From assembly GCA_965649295.1 (NCBI GenBank), contig CBFGKH010000009.1, positions 1-64,000 of the forward strand: a stretch of 64,000 bases of DNA. The letters are read 5' to 3'. Below are positions 46,988 to 57,200 of this stretch, one piece after another. This stretch comes from a candidate division WOR-3 bacterium. Lineage in GTDB: Bacteria > Hydrothermota > Tepidihabitantia > Tepidihabitantales > Tepidihabitantaceae. Position 1 is the stretch's first letter. Each line of letters opens with the position of its first letter. Made by a program: the position numbers and the translations under genes. The notes under the pieces are model-generated. The model saw nothing but the letters and a program-made list of their open reading frames with translations. It searched no databases and was not told the origin of the DNA.

Positions 46988-48453
46988 GCAGGCGCATTAC
47001 TATTGACCCGATAACCCGACTGGAAGGCCACGGCAAGATTGAGATATTCCTGAATGATACGGGCGATGTCGAAAATGCCTATCTGCAGGTGCCAGAGTTG
47101 CGCGGATTCGAGCAGTTCTGTCGCGGGCGCAAGGCTGAGGACATGCCTCAGCTCACAAGCCGCATCTGTGGGGTTTGTCCAGTAGCTCATCATTATGCCA
47201 GCGCTAAGGCGCTCGATGACGCGTTTGGCGTTGAGCCGACCCTAACTGCCAAGAAACTTAGGGAGCTAATTTACTGCGGCTATGTCATTTACGACCACAT
47301 TTTGCATTTCTATTTCCTCGGGGGACCTGATTTCGTGGTCGGGCCGGATGCACCCAGAGCCAAGCGTAACATCATCGGTGTAATTGAGAAGGTTGGGCTA
47401 GAAACGGCGCGCGAGGTCATCAAGCATCGTGCCTACGGCCAGAAGATAACCGAGATTCTTGGCGGCAAGCCGACTCATCCGGTGTCGGGCATCCCCGGTG
47501 GCCAGACGAAGGGTCTTAGTGAGGAAGAACGCAAGCAGATAGAGGAGATGGCCCGGTCGTGCGTGGATTTTGCCGAGTTCAGCCTGAACTTGTTTGCGGA
47601 TGTGGTTCTCGCCAACAAGCAGTACATGGCACTCATTACGAACCCCAGGCTTGGACACAGTATCTACAACATGGGGTTGGTCGATGAAAAGAACCAATTG
47701 AACTTCTACGACGGCGACATCCGCGTGACCGACCAACAGGGTAAGGAGTTCCTGCGGTTCCGGGCGCAAGACTATGTGGCGCACATTGCTGAACACGTGC
47801 TTGAGTGGAGCTACATCAAGGTACCGTACCTGAGGAAAGTTGGGTTCAAGGGCCTAGTCGATGGGCCAGATTCGGGTCTCTACCGCGTCGGCCCGCTGGG
47901 CCGGTTGAATGCGGCCGATGGGATGGCAACTCCGAAGGCCGACGCTGCCTACCAGCAGTTCTTCAAGACGTTCGGCACCAAGCCGGTTAACTCGACCTTG
48001 GCGTTCCATTGGGCGCGGCTAATCGAACTACTGTATGCCTCCGAGCGCGCCCTGGAGCTAGCCACTGACCCGGGTATAACTGCCAGTGATATCCGGAACA
48101 TGAACTTCAAAATGAAGCCTGAGGGTTTTGGTGTTGTGGAGGCCGCGCGCGGCACGCTCTTCCATCACTACAAGCTGACCGATGACCGGCTTGTGGATGA
48201 TGTGAACCTGATCGTGGCGACGACCAACAACACCGGGGCTATCTGTATGTCGGTGCGCGAGGCGGCGAAAGAGTTTATCCATAGCGGTAAGGCCGATAAC
48301 GGTCTGCTTAATACTATCGAGATGTTCTTCCGGGCGTATGACCCCTGTTTCGGCTGCGCGAGCCACGTGGCTGGTAGGCCGGCAGTAACTATTGAGCTGC
48401 GCGGTCCGGACGGTGAACTCGTGCAGCGACTGGCCGACGCCGGAGGCGAATAG
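46984..48453 (+). CDS. mvhA: NiFe hydrogenase large subunit (MvhA-type)
   Basis: PITRLEGHG, ELRGFE.F..GR, RICGVC (L1) and RAYDPCFGCASH (L2), with a cleavable C-terminal extension. Confidence 0.9.
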   Translation: MSRRITIDPITRLEGHGKIEIFLNDTGDVENAYLQVPELRGFEQFCRGRKAEDMPQLTSRICGVCPVAHHYASAKALDDAFGVEPTLTAKKLRELIYCGYVIYDHILHFYFLGGPDFVVGPDAPRAKRNIIGVIEKVGLETAREVIKHRAYGQKITEILGGKPTHPVSGIPGGQTKGLSEEERKQIEEMARSCVDFAEFSLNLFADVVLANKQYMALITNPRLGHSIYNMGLVDEKNQLNFYDGDIRVTDQQGKEFLRFRAQDYVAHIAEHVLEWSYIKVPYLRKVGFKGLVDGPDSGLYRVGPLGRLNAADGMATPKADAAYQQFFKTFGTKPVNSTLAFHWARLIELLYASERALELATDPGITASDIRNMNFKMKPEGFGVVEAARGTLFHHYKLTDDRLVDDVNLIVATTNNTGAICMSVREAAKEFIHSGKADNGLLNTIEMFFRAYDPCFGCASHVAGRPAVTIELRGPDGELVQRLADAGGE

Positions 48454-48472
48454 CAGCAGAGAACCGTGCTGG

Positions 48473-49351
48473 ATGGCCTGTGAACTGACCATCGTCTTCG
48501 TTAACCACAACTCGGCGCGGCTGCTCAGCCGCGCTTTGAGTTCACTGCGACGGGCCGAGCCGCAGCTGGATCTTGAGGCGCTGGTTGTTGACAATGCATC
48601 TGATGACAGACAGGAGCTGGTCACGGTCTGCCGCAAGCATAACGCCCGACTCCTGCGATTAAGCCGTAACCTCGGTTACGGTGCCGCCTTCAATCGCGGA
48701 TTTCGTCATGCTTCTGGTCGGTATGTTGCCGTCGCCAACCCTGATCTGGTTTTTGACTCACCAGCAGTCAGCGGTTTGGTGCGATTCCTCGATGTGAATC
48801 CTTCAATTGGTGCGGTATCGCCACAGCTCGTCTATGCCGATGGTGCGCCGCAGCCGACCGCTCGACGTCTGCCACGTTTGCGGTACGTATTGGCTGGTCG
48901 ACGCTCGCCGCTGCTACGGCTTCTACCTCGCTATGCACCGGCGCGTGACTTTCTCTATGCAACTGCCTATCAATCCGCGACCTGGCTTTCAGTTGAGGCT
49001 CTAATCGGTGCCTTCGTGATGTTTCGGCGTGAGGCGCTGGACACGGTGCATGGATTTGACGAGGGTTTCTTCATGTACGCTGAGGACTTGGACATCTGTC
49101 GCCGTCTGCGAGAAGCAGGCTGGGATGTAGTGTTGCATCCTGGATTGCGTGTGACCCATCACTATGGCGCGGTGCGGCGGCAGCGGCCAGAGTTCAGCGA
49201 CTTTCAGCGTCTGAAGGCGCTCTGCCGCTACTTCAGCTTGGATTCTGGCTTGTTCGGCCGATTATTTTTTCGCGTGGCCTTTGCTTGGTACTTGTTCTTG
49301 TCCGCGGCCGGTTGGTTGGTCAACTTGCGGGAGTACGAGTACTCTTGGTAG
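48473..49351 (+). CDS. GT2 glycosyltransferase (WbbL-like)
   Basis: VVDNAS.D, NLGYGAA.N.G, NPD and GFDE.FFMY.EDLDIC.R motifs. Confidence 0.9.
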   Translation: MACELTIVFVNHNSARLLSRALSSLRRAEPQLDLEALVVDNASDDRQELVTVCRKHNARLLRLSRNLGYGAAFNRGFRHASGRYVAVANPDLVFDSPAVSGLVRFLDVNPSIGAVSPQLVYADGAPQPTARRLPRLRYVLAGRRSPLLRLLPRYAPARDFLYATAYQSATWLSVEALIGAFVMFRREALDTVHGFDEGFFMYAEDLDICRRLREAGWDVVLHPGLRVTHHYGAVRRQRPEFSDFQRLKALCRYFSLDSGLFGRLFFRVAFAWYLFLSAAGWLVNLREYEYSW

Positions 49352-49368
49352 CCACGGGGAGCGGTGCG

Positions 49369-50754
49369 ATGACACGATTGCGAAGCTTGGTGAGCGTGGC
49401 TGTGCTTGTTCTCGGTGATCTGCTTGCCGTGGCAATCAGCTACGTTCTCGGTTATCTGACTCGCAACCTCGTTTTTACTGGGATGCTGCATGTTGTCCCG
49501 TTGGCGCTCCCTTTCGAAGCAATCGGCGACAAGTTCTACGTGTTGGCTGCGTATCCGTTTGTTTTCGCCTATGAGGGTTTGTACACCAAGCGGTTGCTCG
49601 GTTGGGAGGAGACGCGACGCTATCTCCGGGGTGTGTTCGTTGCAACTGCGCTTGTGATGATACTGCTCTTTCTCTGGCGCTACTGGATCGTGTCGCGGCT
49701 CGCGGTTGTTCTAGCAATGGTCTACTGCATCATATTGGCACCGGTGATGCGCGCAGCAGTCAAGCGGTTGCTGGTTTTGTCCGGCTTGGCGACCAAACCG
49801 CTGGTGTTGTTAGGAGGGGGCAGCGCTGCTGAGCGTTTCTGCCAGGAGCTCATTCGTCACCGAGCGCTGGGTTATGTGATTGCGCAGCGAGTAGTCCGTG
49901 AACAGCCTGGTCAGTCGGTTGCGAAAATGCTGGAGCAAGTCAAGACCGACAACGTGTCGCTGGTCGTCGTGTCGGATGCGTTTACTCCTGAGGAATTGCG
50001 TGAGCTTTTTGTCATGGCTGAGCAACGTTTCGCTGAGCTCATGGTAGTACCGAATGAGGCGCTCCTCCAGACCGCGACCGGCGATGTTGAGCAAATCGGT
50101 AACGTGCTGGTGATGAAATACCATTACAACCTACTGCGACCACTGAATCGCTACCTGAAGCGGCTTTTTGAAATCGGCCTCGCCACTGTGCTTGTGGTGT
50201 TGCTAGCACCGTTGCTTGGGGTGTTGTCCCTCTTGGTGGCAATCTCGTCGCCCGGGCCCGTCTTTTTCCGGCAACGCCGCATCGGTCGCTTTGGTCGGGA
50301 GTTCGATTGCCTCAAGTTTCGGACAATGTATGTTGACGCCGAGGTCCGACTGAGCGAGCTGCTGGAGTCAGATCCGGTAGTTCGTTCCGAGTATGAGACT
50401 TATGCACGAATCACGAACGACCCGCGGGTGACTCGCGTCGGCCGATTCTTGCGTCGCTCGAGCCTGGACGAGCTGCCGCAGCTAATCAACGTGCTACGGG
50501 GAGAGATGGCGGTGGTGGGTCCGCGGCCATATCTGCCGGCTGAAGTGCCCAAGATTGGCAAGTATTACGATACGATTACCCGCGTGCGACCGGGGATTAC
50601 TGGCCTATGGCAGGTGTCAGGTCGCTCAGAGCTGCCGTTTCGGGAGCGCTGTATCCTTGATGACTACTACATTCGTAACTGGTCGCTGTGGATGGATTTT
50701 TCAATACTGCTTCGTACTGTGCGGGCGGTGCTGACTGGCCGGGGCGCCTACTGA
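49369..50754 (+). CDS. Undecaprenyl-phosphate sugar-1-phosphate transferase (WbaP/WcaJ family)
   Basis: N-terminal TM helices; [40 protein letters not shown] and D..YI.NWSLW.D motifs. Confidence 0.93.
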   Translation: MTRLRSLVSVAVLVLGDLLAVAISYVLGYLTRNLVFTGMLHVVPLALPFEAIGDKFYVLAAYPFVFAYEGLYTKRLLGWEETRRYLRGVFVATALVMILLFLWRYWIVSRLAVVLAMVYCIILAPVMRAAVKRLLVLSGLATKPLVLLGGGSAAERFCQELIRHRALGYVIAQRVVREQPGQSVAKMLEQVKTDNVSLVVVSDAFTPEELRELFVMAEQRFAELMVVPNEALLQTATGDVEQIGNVLVMKYHYNLLRPLNRYLKRLFEIGLATVLVVLLAPLLGVLSLLVAISSPGPVFFRQRRIGRFGREFDCLKFRTMYVDAEVRLSELLESDPVVRSEYETYARITNDPRVTRVGRFLRRSSLDELPQLINVLRGEMAVVGPRPYLPAEVPKIGKYYDTITRVRPGITGLWQVSGRSELPFRERCILDDYYIRNWSLWMDFSILLRTVRAVLTGRGAY

Positions 50755-50799
50755 TAATGTTTGACTGGCCAACGGTGAAGGTTACGCTTACATCCTACG

Positions 50800-52944
50800 G
50801 TGCTGATTAGCAACATGTCACTTCTGTTTGTCGTCTTGGTCAGTGCGAGTGTGCCGTCTCAGTGGCAGGCTTTTACTAACACCAATTTCATAAACGACAT
50901 GGTAGGGAGTGACACGATAATCTATCTGGCGACCAACGGGGGATTGGTTGAGCTTGAGCTGATACCGACCATCCGCTCGCGTCGGACTATTGTCAATAGC
51001 GATGGTTTGCCCGATAACCGGTGTCGCTGCGTGGTTCAGGATTCTTGTGGTAATCTCTGGGTAGGTACTGATGGCGGTGGACTGGTTGTGATTGACAGGG
51101 ACAGCTTTGGGGTTAGACGCTATCGCCCGGCAGAACTCGCGAGACGAATTCGTTGTCTTGCTTGGGATGGTGGGCGATTACTCGTTGGGTCTGATCAGGG
51201 GCTGTACTGCATCGATGTTAATGGGACCCTCATGGACTTTGAGGATGACGAATTGCGCTGGTTTTCGGTCGCACGCTATCCAGAGTTGTTGAGTGACCGA
51301 ATCCTGGCTCTCGCTGTCTATGACCGCTACTGGGTTGGTACAAACCTCGGTGTGTCAGCAGTCAGTCCGGAATTTCGTGACTGGCAGAGTTACCGTCGGC
51401 CGTTTGGTGACTCGGTGGCCGGTTTTGCGCAGTGGCGCGATAGTCTGCTGATTGCGACTGAGCGTGGTATTGCTATGAAACAAGGAGCTGTTTTTCGTCC
51501 GGTGTTCACTCTGGCACAGACGACAGGAGTCTATGACCTTGTTGTCTATTCTTCGACGATCTACTTTGCCACCAAGAATGGTCTCTACGTCGGTGATAGT
51601 GCCGAGCAGTCACGGTTCCAGCTGGTACTTGGTGAAGATTGCCGCTGCCTTTGGCTCGGCAACGCCATTTGGGTGGGTTGCGGTGGTAACGAACAGGCGG
51701 GTTCCGGCATTCGCTATCTGCAAAGTGGGCAAAACTGGAACTCATTCTACAACTCATGCATTGCGTCCGATGTTGTCCTTGACTGTGCGATTGGGAATGA
51801 CGGTCGGATTGCCTTTTGCCACGGTAGTGCATTGACGATGATGCCCCGGTCGGGTGAGTTCGATGTTATCTGGCCGCCGGCGCCAGTACCGGTGCAGGTT
51901 AGATTCGACAGTCAGGGCCGGATGTGGCTTGCTCACTTTGCCAGTAATGGCGGCCTCAGCGTCTTTTCATTTGGGGACAGGTCGTGGCAGACAGTCCGGT
52001 GGGGAGACTGGTCAAGCTGGAACATCATTGACGCCTTTGGCATTGACCCCAGCGACTGTAAATGGGTGTACAACGGCGGCAATGTTGTCATTGCCATCGA
52101 GCATGACGGACGGCAGACGGTTTTCGATATTCCCGGTCTTTCGCCGCCACCAGGCGGTCTTTACGAGTTCACCTTTGACTGGACTGGTCGGACCTGGCTC
52201 GGACTTACAGTCGGGCTGGTGATGATCGACCACAAGGGGTCGGTGTCAGACCGCTCAGACGATGAATATAGGGTAATCACTCAGGGGCTACCAGCTCCGG
52301 AGGTGAGGACCGTTGCGGCCGACAATCGCGGGCGTATATGGGTGGGCACCGCTCAGGGAGTGGCCTGCTGGGAGGGGGGGCAATTCCGTGTTTTCACCAG
52401 GGAGAATACCGGCGGCGGTTTGCTTTCAAATAATATCTACCGCATTCGAGTCGATGCTTCTAGTCGCATTTGGGTTCTTTGTGATCAGGGACTGGCGGTC
52501 TATGACCCGGTGACAACGCGCTGGGAGAACTTCGGCGATGGCGGGCTTGTTCCGAATCCGCTTGGCATTGACCGATTCTATTCTGCACTTGATGTAAACA
52601 GCACTGCGGGAAGAGTAGTCGTGGGCACGCAGCGCGGCGCTTCGGTGCGGGATTTTGGCATCGAGCCGGCGCCGACTGCTGAACGGGTGCTCGTGTATCC
52701 GAACCCCTGCATACTTGATAGACTCAATCCCGAGAAGTCTGTTGTTATCGACAGCCTTTCTGCCGATATCACCAGTGTGATGGTTTATACAACCGACGGG
52801 CGACCCGTTGCCAGGCTGGGAGTCGATCCAGCACTGCGGCGTGCCGTTTGGAACCCGCGGTCGGTGGCAAGCGGTCTCTACCTGTTGATGGTGACTAGCA
52901 GCTTTGGAACGCGCGTAGAGCGCGTAGCGGTGGTCAGGCCCTGA
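50800..52944 (+). CDS. PorZ-like two-component-regulator-propeller protein with C-terminal sorting-like domain
   Basis: Signal peptide; repeated GLP.N....D..G.LWVGT..GGL propeller motifs; C-terminal VYPNP...W.....VASGLY. Confidence 0.7.
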   Translation: MLISNMSLLFVVLVSASVPSQWQAFTNTNFINDMVGSDTIIYLATNGGLVELELIPTIRSRRTIVNSDGLPDNRCRCVVQDSCGNLWVGTDGGGLVVIDRDSFGVRRYRPAELARRIRCLAWDGGRLLVGSDQGLYCIDVNGTLMDFEDDELRWFSVARYPELLSDRILALAVYDRYWVGTNLGVSAVSPEFRDWQSYRRPFGDSVAGFAQWRDSLLIATERGIAMKQGAVFRPVFTLAQTTGVYDLVVYSSTIYFATKNGLYVGDSAEQSRFQLVLGEDCRCLWLGNAIWVGCGGNEQAGSGIRYLQSGQNWNSFYNSCIASDVVLDCAIGNDGRIAFCHGSALTMMPRSGEFDVIWPPAPVPVQVRFDSQGRMWLAHFASNGGLSVFSFGDRSWQTVRWGDWSSWNIIDAFGIDPSDCKWVYNGGNVVIAIEHDGRQTVFDIPGLSPPPGGLYEFTFDWTGRTWLGLTVGLVMIDHKGSVSDRSDDEYRVITQGLPAPEVRTVAADNRGRIWVGTAQGVACWEGGQFRVFTRENTGGGLLSNNIYRIRVDASSRIWVLCDQGLAVYDPVTTRWENFGDGGLVPNPLGIDRFYSALDVNSTAGRVVVGTQRGASVRDFGIEPAPTAERVLVYPNPCILDRLNPEKSVVIDSLSADITSVMVYTTDGRPVARLGVDPALRRAVWNPRSVASGLYLLMVTSSFGTRVERVAVVRP

Positions 52945-52956
52945 TGGCTGCGTAGG

Positions 52957-53121
52957 TCAGCGCTTGATTGGACGTCGGCGAGACGAACTGTTGCCTCTGT
53001 CCTGCTCCTCGGCCGACTCCTCCATGCACGAGTCGAAGTAACGGCACTGCGGGCAACAATCGTCTGATAATTTGCCTTTGGCCCGACAAAGTTCGTAGCC
53101 AGAGCACGCACGACAGCACAT
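52957..53121 (-). CDS. Small Cys-rich protein (54 aa), not in the ORF track
   Basis: AAGGAGG SD then MCCRACSGYELCRAKGKLSDDCCPQCRYFDSCMEESAEEQDRGNSSSRRRPIKR*; duplicated CCxxCxx[Y/F]xxC. Confidence 0.75.
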   Translation of the reverse strand: MCCRACSGYELCRAKGKLSDDCCPQCRYFDSCMEESAEEQDRGNSSSRRRPIKR

Positions 53122-53183
53122 TGCCTACAGCCTCCTTGGGTGAAAGGAGTAAGTGTGGCGACCGACGGAGACCAGGGTTCTGT

Positions 53184-54017
53184 TCAAGACCGACCACCAA
53201 CCAGTAATACTAGTTCTCGTACCAGTTCAGCGGCAACAACCGCACCGGTCGATGGTTGAACAGTTCTTGGGCACACTTCGACTAGGTCAGCACCGACGAC
53301 ATTAAGGTCGGCAAGGAGCGCCAGCGAGTGTACCAGTTCGCGAAACTGACATCCGCCTGGTTCAGGAGTCTGCACATCAGGCATCGTACCCGGGTCGAGA
53401 ACATCGACATCAAGCGTTACATAGACTGGACGGCTGCCGATCGCGCCGACAATGCTGCGGGTTGGTTCTGCTACATCAAAAGGAAACAGGTTCTGTTCCG
53501 ACATTTCCTCGGGACGTGAGAAAGACCTGACGCCGAGTTGGAAAAGTGCCGAGCGAGGGATGACGTCGAGGACGCGCCGCATAGCCGTGGCGTGGCAGGT
53601 TACCTCTCCGAGAAACTCGTCACGTAAATCAGAGTGGGCGTCGTACTGAATCACGCAAAGATCGGGATAGCGTCGAGCCAGTTCGGTAACGATTGGCACG
53701 GTGATAGTGTGTTCACCGCCAATAGCAACCTGTCGGCGATGAGCGTCGTAATGGGACTTGGTCACGGTGGTGATCAGTTCGAGCGGGGCGAGTGGTGTAG
53801 CGAAGCTGAACTGGATGTTACCGGCGTCGTAGATGCGGAGCCGAGCGGTATCACGTCGAAGATAGGGACTAAACGTTTCGACATTGTCGGCGCCAAGACG
53901 AGCGATGTCAGGCCCAAAGCGTGAGCCGGATGCAAAAGAACTGGTTCGGTCCAGTGGCATGCCGATAACGATTACATCAGCGTCGCTGACATCGGACTGA
54001 GCGTAGTAGAATGTCAT
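53184..54017 (-). CDS. speB: Agmatinase (arginase family)
   Basis: G.RFGP..R, GGEH, DAHSD, HAT.MRR, DVDVLDP, TPEPGG and DLVEV.P motifs; ATG 54017 follows TTGACT-N16-TATGCT. Confidence 0.9.
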   Translation of the reverse strand: MTFYYAQSDVSDADVIVIGMPLDRTSSFASGSRFGPDIARLGADNVETFSPYLRRDTARLRIYDAGNIQFSFATPLAPLELITTVTKSHYDAHRRQVAIGGEHTITVPIVTELARRYPDLCVIQYDAHSDLRDEFLGEVTCHATAMRRVLDVIPRSALFQLGVRSFSRPEEMSEQNLFPFDVAEPTRSIVGAIGSRPVYVTLDVDVLDPGTMPDVQTPEPGGCQFRELVHSLALLADLNVVGADLVEVCPRTVQPSTGAVVAAELVRELVLLVGGRS

Positions 54018-54107
54018 TCTTGCATCGAGCATAGCTGCACCGAAGTTTGAGTCAAGCAACTGCCTAGCGTTGACAGACCCTGAGCTTGTGGTAGCCTGTC
54101 GCTGCTG

Positions 54108-55142
54108 ATGCGAGTTGTGGTTTCCGCTGCCGAACCATCGGCCGAAGTACTGGCCGCTGAACTATCTCGTGAGATTGGCGTGTTCGACAGGGACTGCGAG
54201 GTCCTGCGTCTTCAAAGTTGGGTGTCCACCGCACCGGTTTTGGGGTTTGTGCACGGTGTAGCACTCGCGGCAAGTCTAAGTCAAGCCATAGGACGGGCAG
54301 TGCAAGTTGTCGATGCGCTCAAACCGGGGATTGTTGTGCTGATTTCCTATTCAAGCTGGCACCTTCCGTTTGGTCTCGCTTTGCGTCGGCGTGGTTATAG
54401 GGTTGTAGTACTGGCACCTCCGCAATTCTGGGCCTGGGCAGGTTGGCGGGTTCGGCTGCTTGCCCGGGCAGCCGATGTAGTTGTCTGTCTTTTTGGGTTT
54501 GAAGAACAGCTGCTGCGGCGTAGCGGAGTCAACGCGTGTTATTTCGGCTACCCTCTATTTGATAGTATCGTGAGACAGGCGCAATGCACGCCAACGCCGA
54601 ACAATGGGAGACGTTTAGTCCTTCTACCAGGGTCCAGGGCTAATGAGCTGAAATTGCATCATCGATTGTTTGTCGCCACTGCACGGATGCTCAAAGATTG
54701 GTTTCCTGACTGTTCGTGGAGATTCCTCAGTCCAACCGATGCGATGCGCTACGCCGAGATGGCCCAGGCGACTGCTGCGATCGCGGCATCAGGCACAGCA
54801 ACGCTGGAGCTGGCAATTATCGGAGTACCGATGGTGGTCTGCTACCGCCTTCCGTTGGCGGAACTGGTTCTTGCCCGGCTCTTGGTGCGTACGAGGTATT
54901 TCGCACTGCCGAACATTATCGCCCGAACAAGAATTGTGCCCGAGCTACTGAATCCAAAAGTGGATGAAATAGCTGCTGCTGTGGCTACCATCTTGCAGAG
55001 CGAGGAGCGGCGTCAGGAGATGAGGGCCGCGCTAAAGGGTTTGGTCGATGTCATTGGTCCAACTGGCGCAATGTCCAAAATCGCCCGACTCATTCTTGAT
55101 CTCGGTAGTAGTCATTCGCATCGAGTGATTCGGTCGGCTTGA
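54108..55142 (+). CDS. lpxB: Lipid-A-disaccharide synthase
   Basis: AAEPS, PPQ.WAW...R, F.FE, G.PL.D, LLPGSR..E, ASGTATLE, PMVV.Y, LPNII and VPEL motifs. Confidence 0.88.
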   Translation: MRVVVSAAEPSAEVLAAELSREIGVFDRDCEVLRLQSWVSTAPVLGFVHGVALAASLSQAIGRAVQVVDALKPGIVVLISYSSWHLPFGLALRRRGYRVVVLAPPQFWAWAGWRVRLLARAADVVVCLFGFEEQLLRRSGVNACYFGYPLFDSIVRQAQCTPTPNNGRRLVLLPGSRANELKLHHRLFVATARMLKDWFPDCSWRFLSPTDAMRYAEMAQATAAIAASGTATLELAIIGVPMVVCYRLPLAELVLARLLVRTRYFALPNIIARTRIVPELLNPKVDEIAAAVATILQSEERRQEMRAALKGLVDVIGPTGAMSKIARLILDLGSSHSHRVIRSA

Positions 55143-55176
55143 CTTCGATACGGCTTTCAATATCCTAAGCGCACCT

Positions 55177-56298
55177 ATGGCACACGCATATACTCCCGGC
55201 TTGAAAGTCACTGCCCGGACTTTGGTTCGTAAGCAGCGTCGTCTTCCGTTGCCGGGTGAGACTCTTGTGGTTCAGGGTGAACAGGTGACGGGTGACACGA
55301 TTGTTGCACGGACGGAATTGCCGGGTAACGTTCAGACAGTGAACGTCGGCGGTTTGCTGGGTGTTCCACCGGAAGATGTTCCGAGTCTGATGACCAAGCG
55401 GGTCGGCGACACTGTCAAGAAAGACGAAGTCATTGCTCTTTCGAAGGGTTTTCTCGGTCTTTTTAAGTCGGAGGTCAGAGCGCCAGTTGCTGGGACAATT
55501 GAGAATGTGTCGCCGGTCACAGGTCAGGTCATTCTGCGGGAGCCGCCGGAGCCAGTTCAAATTGATGCCTATGTCGCAGGCATCGTCAGTGAGGTGATTC
55601 CCCGTGAAGGGGTGATTATTGAGACTGAGGCGAGCCTCGTTCAGGGCATCTTCGGGGTCGGCGGCGAGGTTCGTGGCGCAATCAGGTTGATTGCCAAGTC
55701 ACCTGATGATGTAGTTACTGCCGAGCAAATTGGTGCCGACTGCCAGGGTAAGGTCCTGATTGGTGGGTCACTGATTACTTATGAGGCGATTGCCGCAGCT
55801 CTTGAGGTTGGAGCCAAAGCTATCATCGCTGGTGGCATTGAGGATGGGACTCTGCGGAAATTCCTTGGTTACGACATTGGCGTGGCAATCACCGGCTCTG
55901 AGAAGAAGGGGCTCACATTGGTTGCGACTGAAGGTTTTGGTCGTATGCGAATGGCTGGACGGACGTTCGAACTGTTGCGGTCGCTCGAGGGAAGAATGGC
56001 ATCAGTGAATGGTGCTACTCAGATTCGCGCCGGCGTTATTAGGCCGGAAGTTATTGTCCCGGCTGCCGAGAAAGGAATCGAGACGAGCAGGAGTCAGATT
56101 GAACAGGGGTTGGCCCTCGGCTTGCCAGTGCGCATCATTCGTCAGCCGCACTTCGGTGAAATCGGCCGCGTGATTGATCTGCCGGTTGAGCTTCAGGAGA
56201 TTGAGACCGAGGCACGCTGTCGGGTGCTGACGGTTGAACTTGAAACTGGCGAACGCGTGACTCTGCCACGTGCCAACGTTGAGATAATCGAAGGCTAG
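55177..56298 (+). CDS. Conserved hypothetical protein (barrel-sandwich-hybrid repeats, C-terminal KOW/SH3-like domain)
   Basis: 373-aa ORF with its own promoter; R.LP..G...V..G..V and V.APV.G.I repeats; GIFG.GGE, TEGFG and PRANVEII. Confidence 0.75.
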   Translation: MAHAYTPGLKVTARTLVRKQRRLPLPGETLVVQGEQVTGDTIVARTELPGNVQTVNVGGLLGVPPEDVPSLMTKRVGDTVKKDEVIALSKGFLGLFKSEVRAPVAGTIENVSPVTGQVILREPPEPVQIDAYVAGIVSEVIPREGVIIETEASLVQGIFGVGGEVRGAIRLIAKSPDDVVTAEQIGADCQGKVLIGGSLITYEAIAAALEVGAKAIIAGGIEDGTLRKFLGYDIGVAITGSEKKGLTLVATEGFGRMRMAGRTFELLRSLEGRMASVNGATQIRAGVIRPEVIVPAAEKGIETSRSQIEQGLALGLPVRIIRQPHFGEIGRVIDLPVELQEIETEARCRVLTVELETGERVTLPRANVEIIEG

Positions 56299-56301
56299 GT
56301 C

Positions 56302-57192
56302 TTGCTGCGGTCGTTGCTGCTGCTGCTACTGCCTTTGACTCTAACAAATGGCACAGGAAGGAAAGAAGGGTTCTCGTCGCTCAAGATACTGCCGGGTGCA
56401 CGCGAAGCAGGGATGGGGGGGAGTGGTGTCGCCGTCGCTTTCGGCCCGCAGGCTATTGCTCTTAACCCGGCAGCGGTGGCCGAGTTCAGAACATTTGGCG
56501 TTGCTGTCGGTTACACCGATTGGTTGTTGGATACCCGTCTTCAATCGGTATTCGCCGGTCGCAAGTTAAGCTGGCTGGCAGTTGCGGTTGGTGTAGTGAG
56601 CTTTACCGGTGGCCAGTTCGAGTACCGGCTCAAACCGAGTGACGAGCCGTTGGGAACATTTGAGCCAACGGACCTGTCGGTCTATACATCGCTTGGTCGG
56701 ATGCTTGGACGCAAGGTCAGCTTTGGCCTGACCGGTCGTTTTTTTACTGCTCGACTGCTTGAACACAGTGCTAGCGGGTTTGGTATTGATGTCGGTCTGC
56801 GGTTGCGACCTATTGCCGGGGTCGCACTAGGCGCATCGCTCGTTGATTTTGGACGAACCCCCTACTACGAACGTGAGGTTTTCTGGTTACCGACTCGTGT
56901 CCGGCTTGGAGCTGGTTATGATTGGCGTTTAGCTGCGCAGTTGCGTCTAGCGCTGGCGCTCGACGGCAGTTACTATCTCTACCAGAAAGGATTAGGCGGT
57001 CACTTCGGACTCGAGCTCGTTTGGAATGACATGTTAGCAATTCGGGGCGGTTACGAGGCGACTGCTGGTGTTGGTCGTATGAGCGGCGGTCTCGGACTGC
57101 GATCAGGTCTATTCGGCGTTGATTACGCGTTGGCGTCGCTCGCAGCTGGTTTCGGTGTTGTTCAACGTTTTGGAGTTTCATTAGGGCGTTAG
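56302..57192 (+). CDS. PorV/PorQ-family outer-membrane beta-barrel protein
   Basis: Signal peptide; L.I.PGAR..GMG..., NPA, Y..WL.D, D.G and LP..RLG motifs; alternating beta-strand pattern. Confidence 0.78.
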   Translation: MLRSLLLLLLPLTLTNGTGRKEGFSSLKILPGAREAGMGGSGVAVAFGPQAIALNPAAVAEFRTFGVAVGYTDWLLDTRLQSVFAGRKLSWLAVAVGVVSFTGGQFEYRLKPSDEPLGTFEPTDLSVYTSLGRMLGRKVSFGLTGRFFTARLLEHSASGFGIDVGLRLRPIAGVALGASLVDFGRTPYYEREVFWLPTRVRLGAGYDWRLAAQLRLALALDGSYYLYQKGLGGHFGLELVWNDMLAIRGGYEATAGVGRMSGGLGLRSGLFGVDYALASLAAGFGVVQRFGVSLGR

Positions 57193-57200
57193 GGGGCACA

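Noticed and set aside
46984..48453. Selenocysteine or other stop-codon recoding in the hydrogenase
   Set aside because: Both CxxC motifs are encoded by Cys codons and there is no internal TGA.
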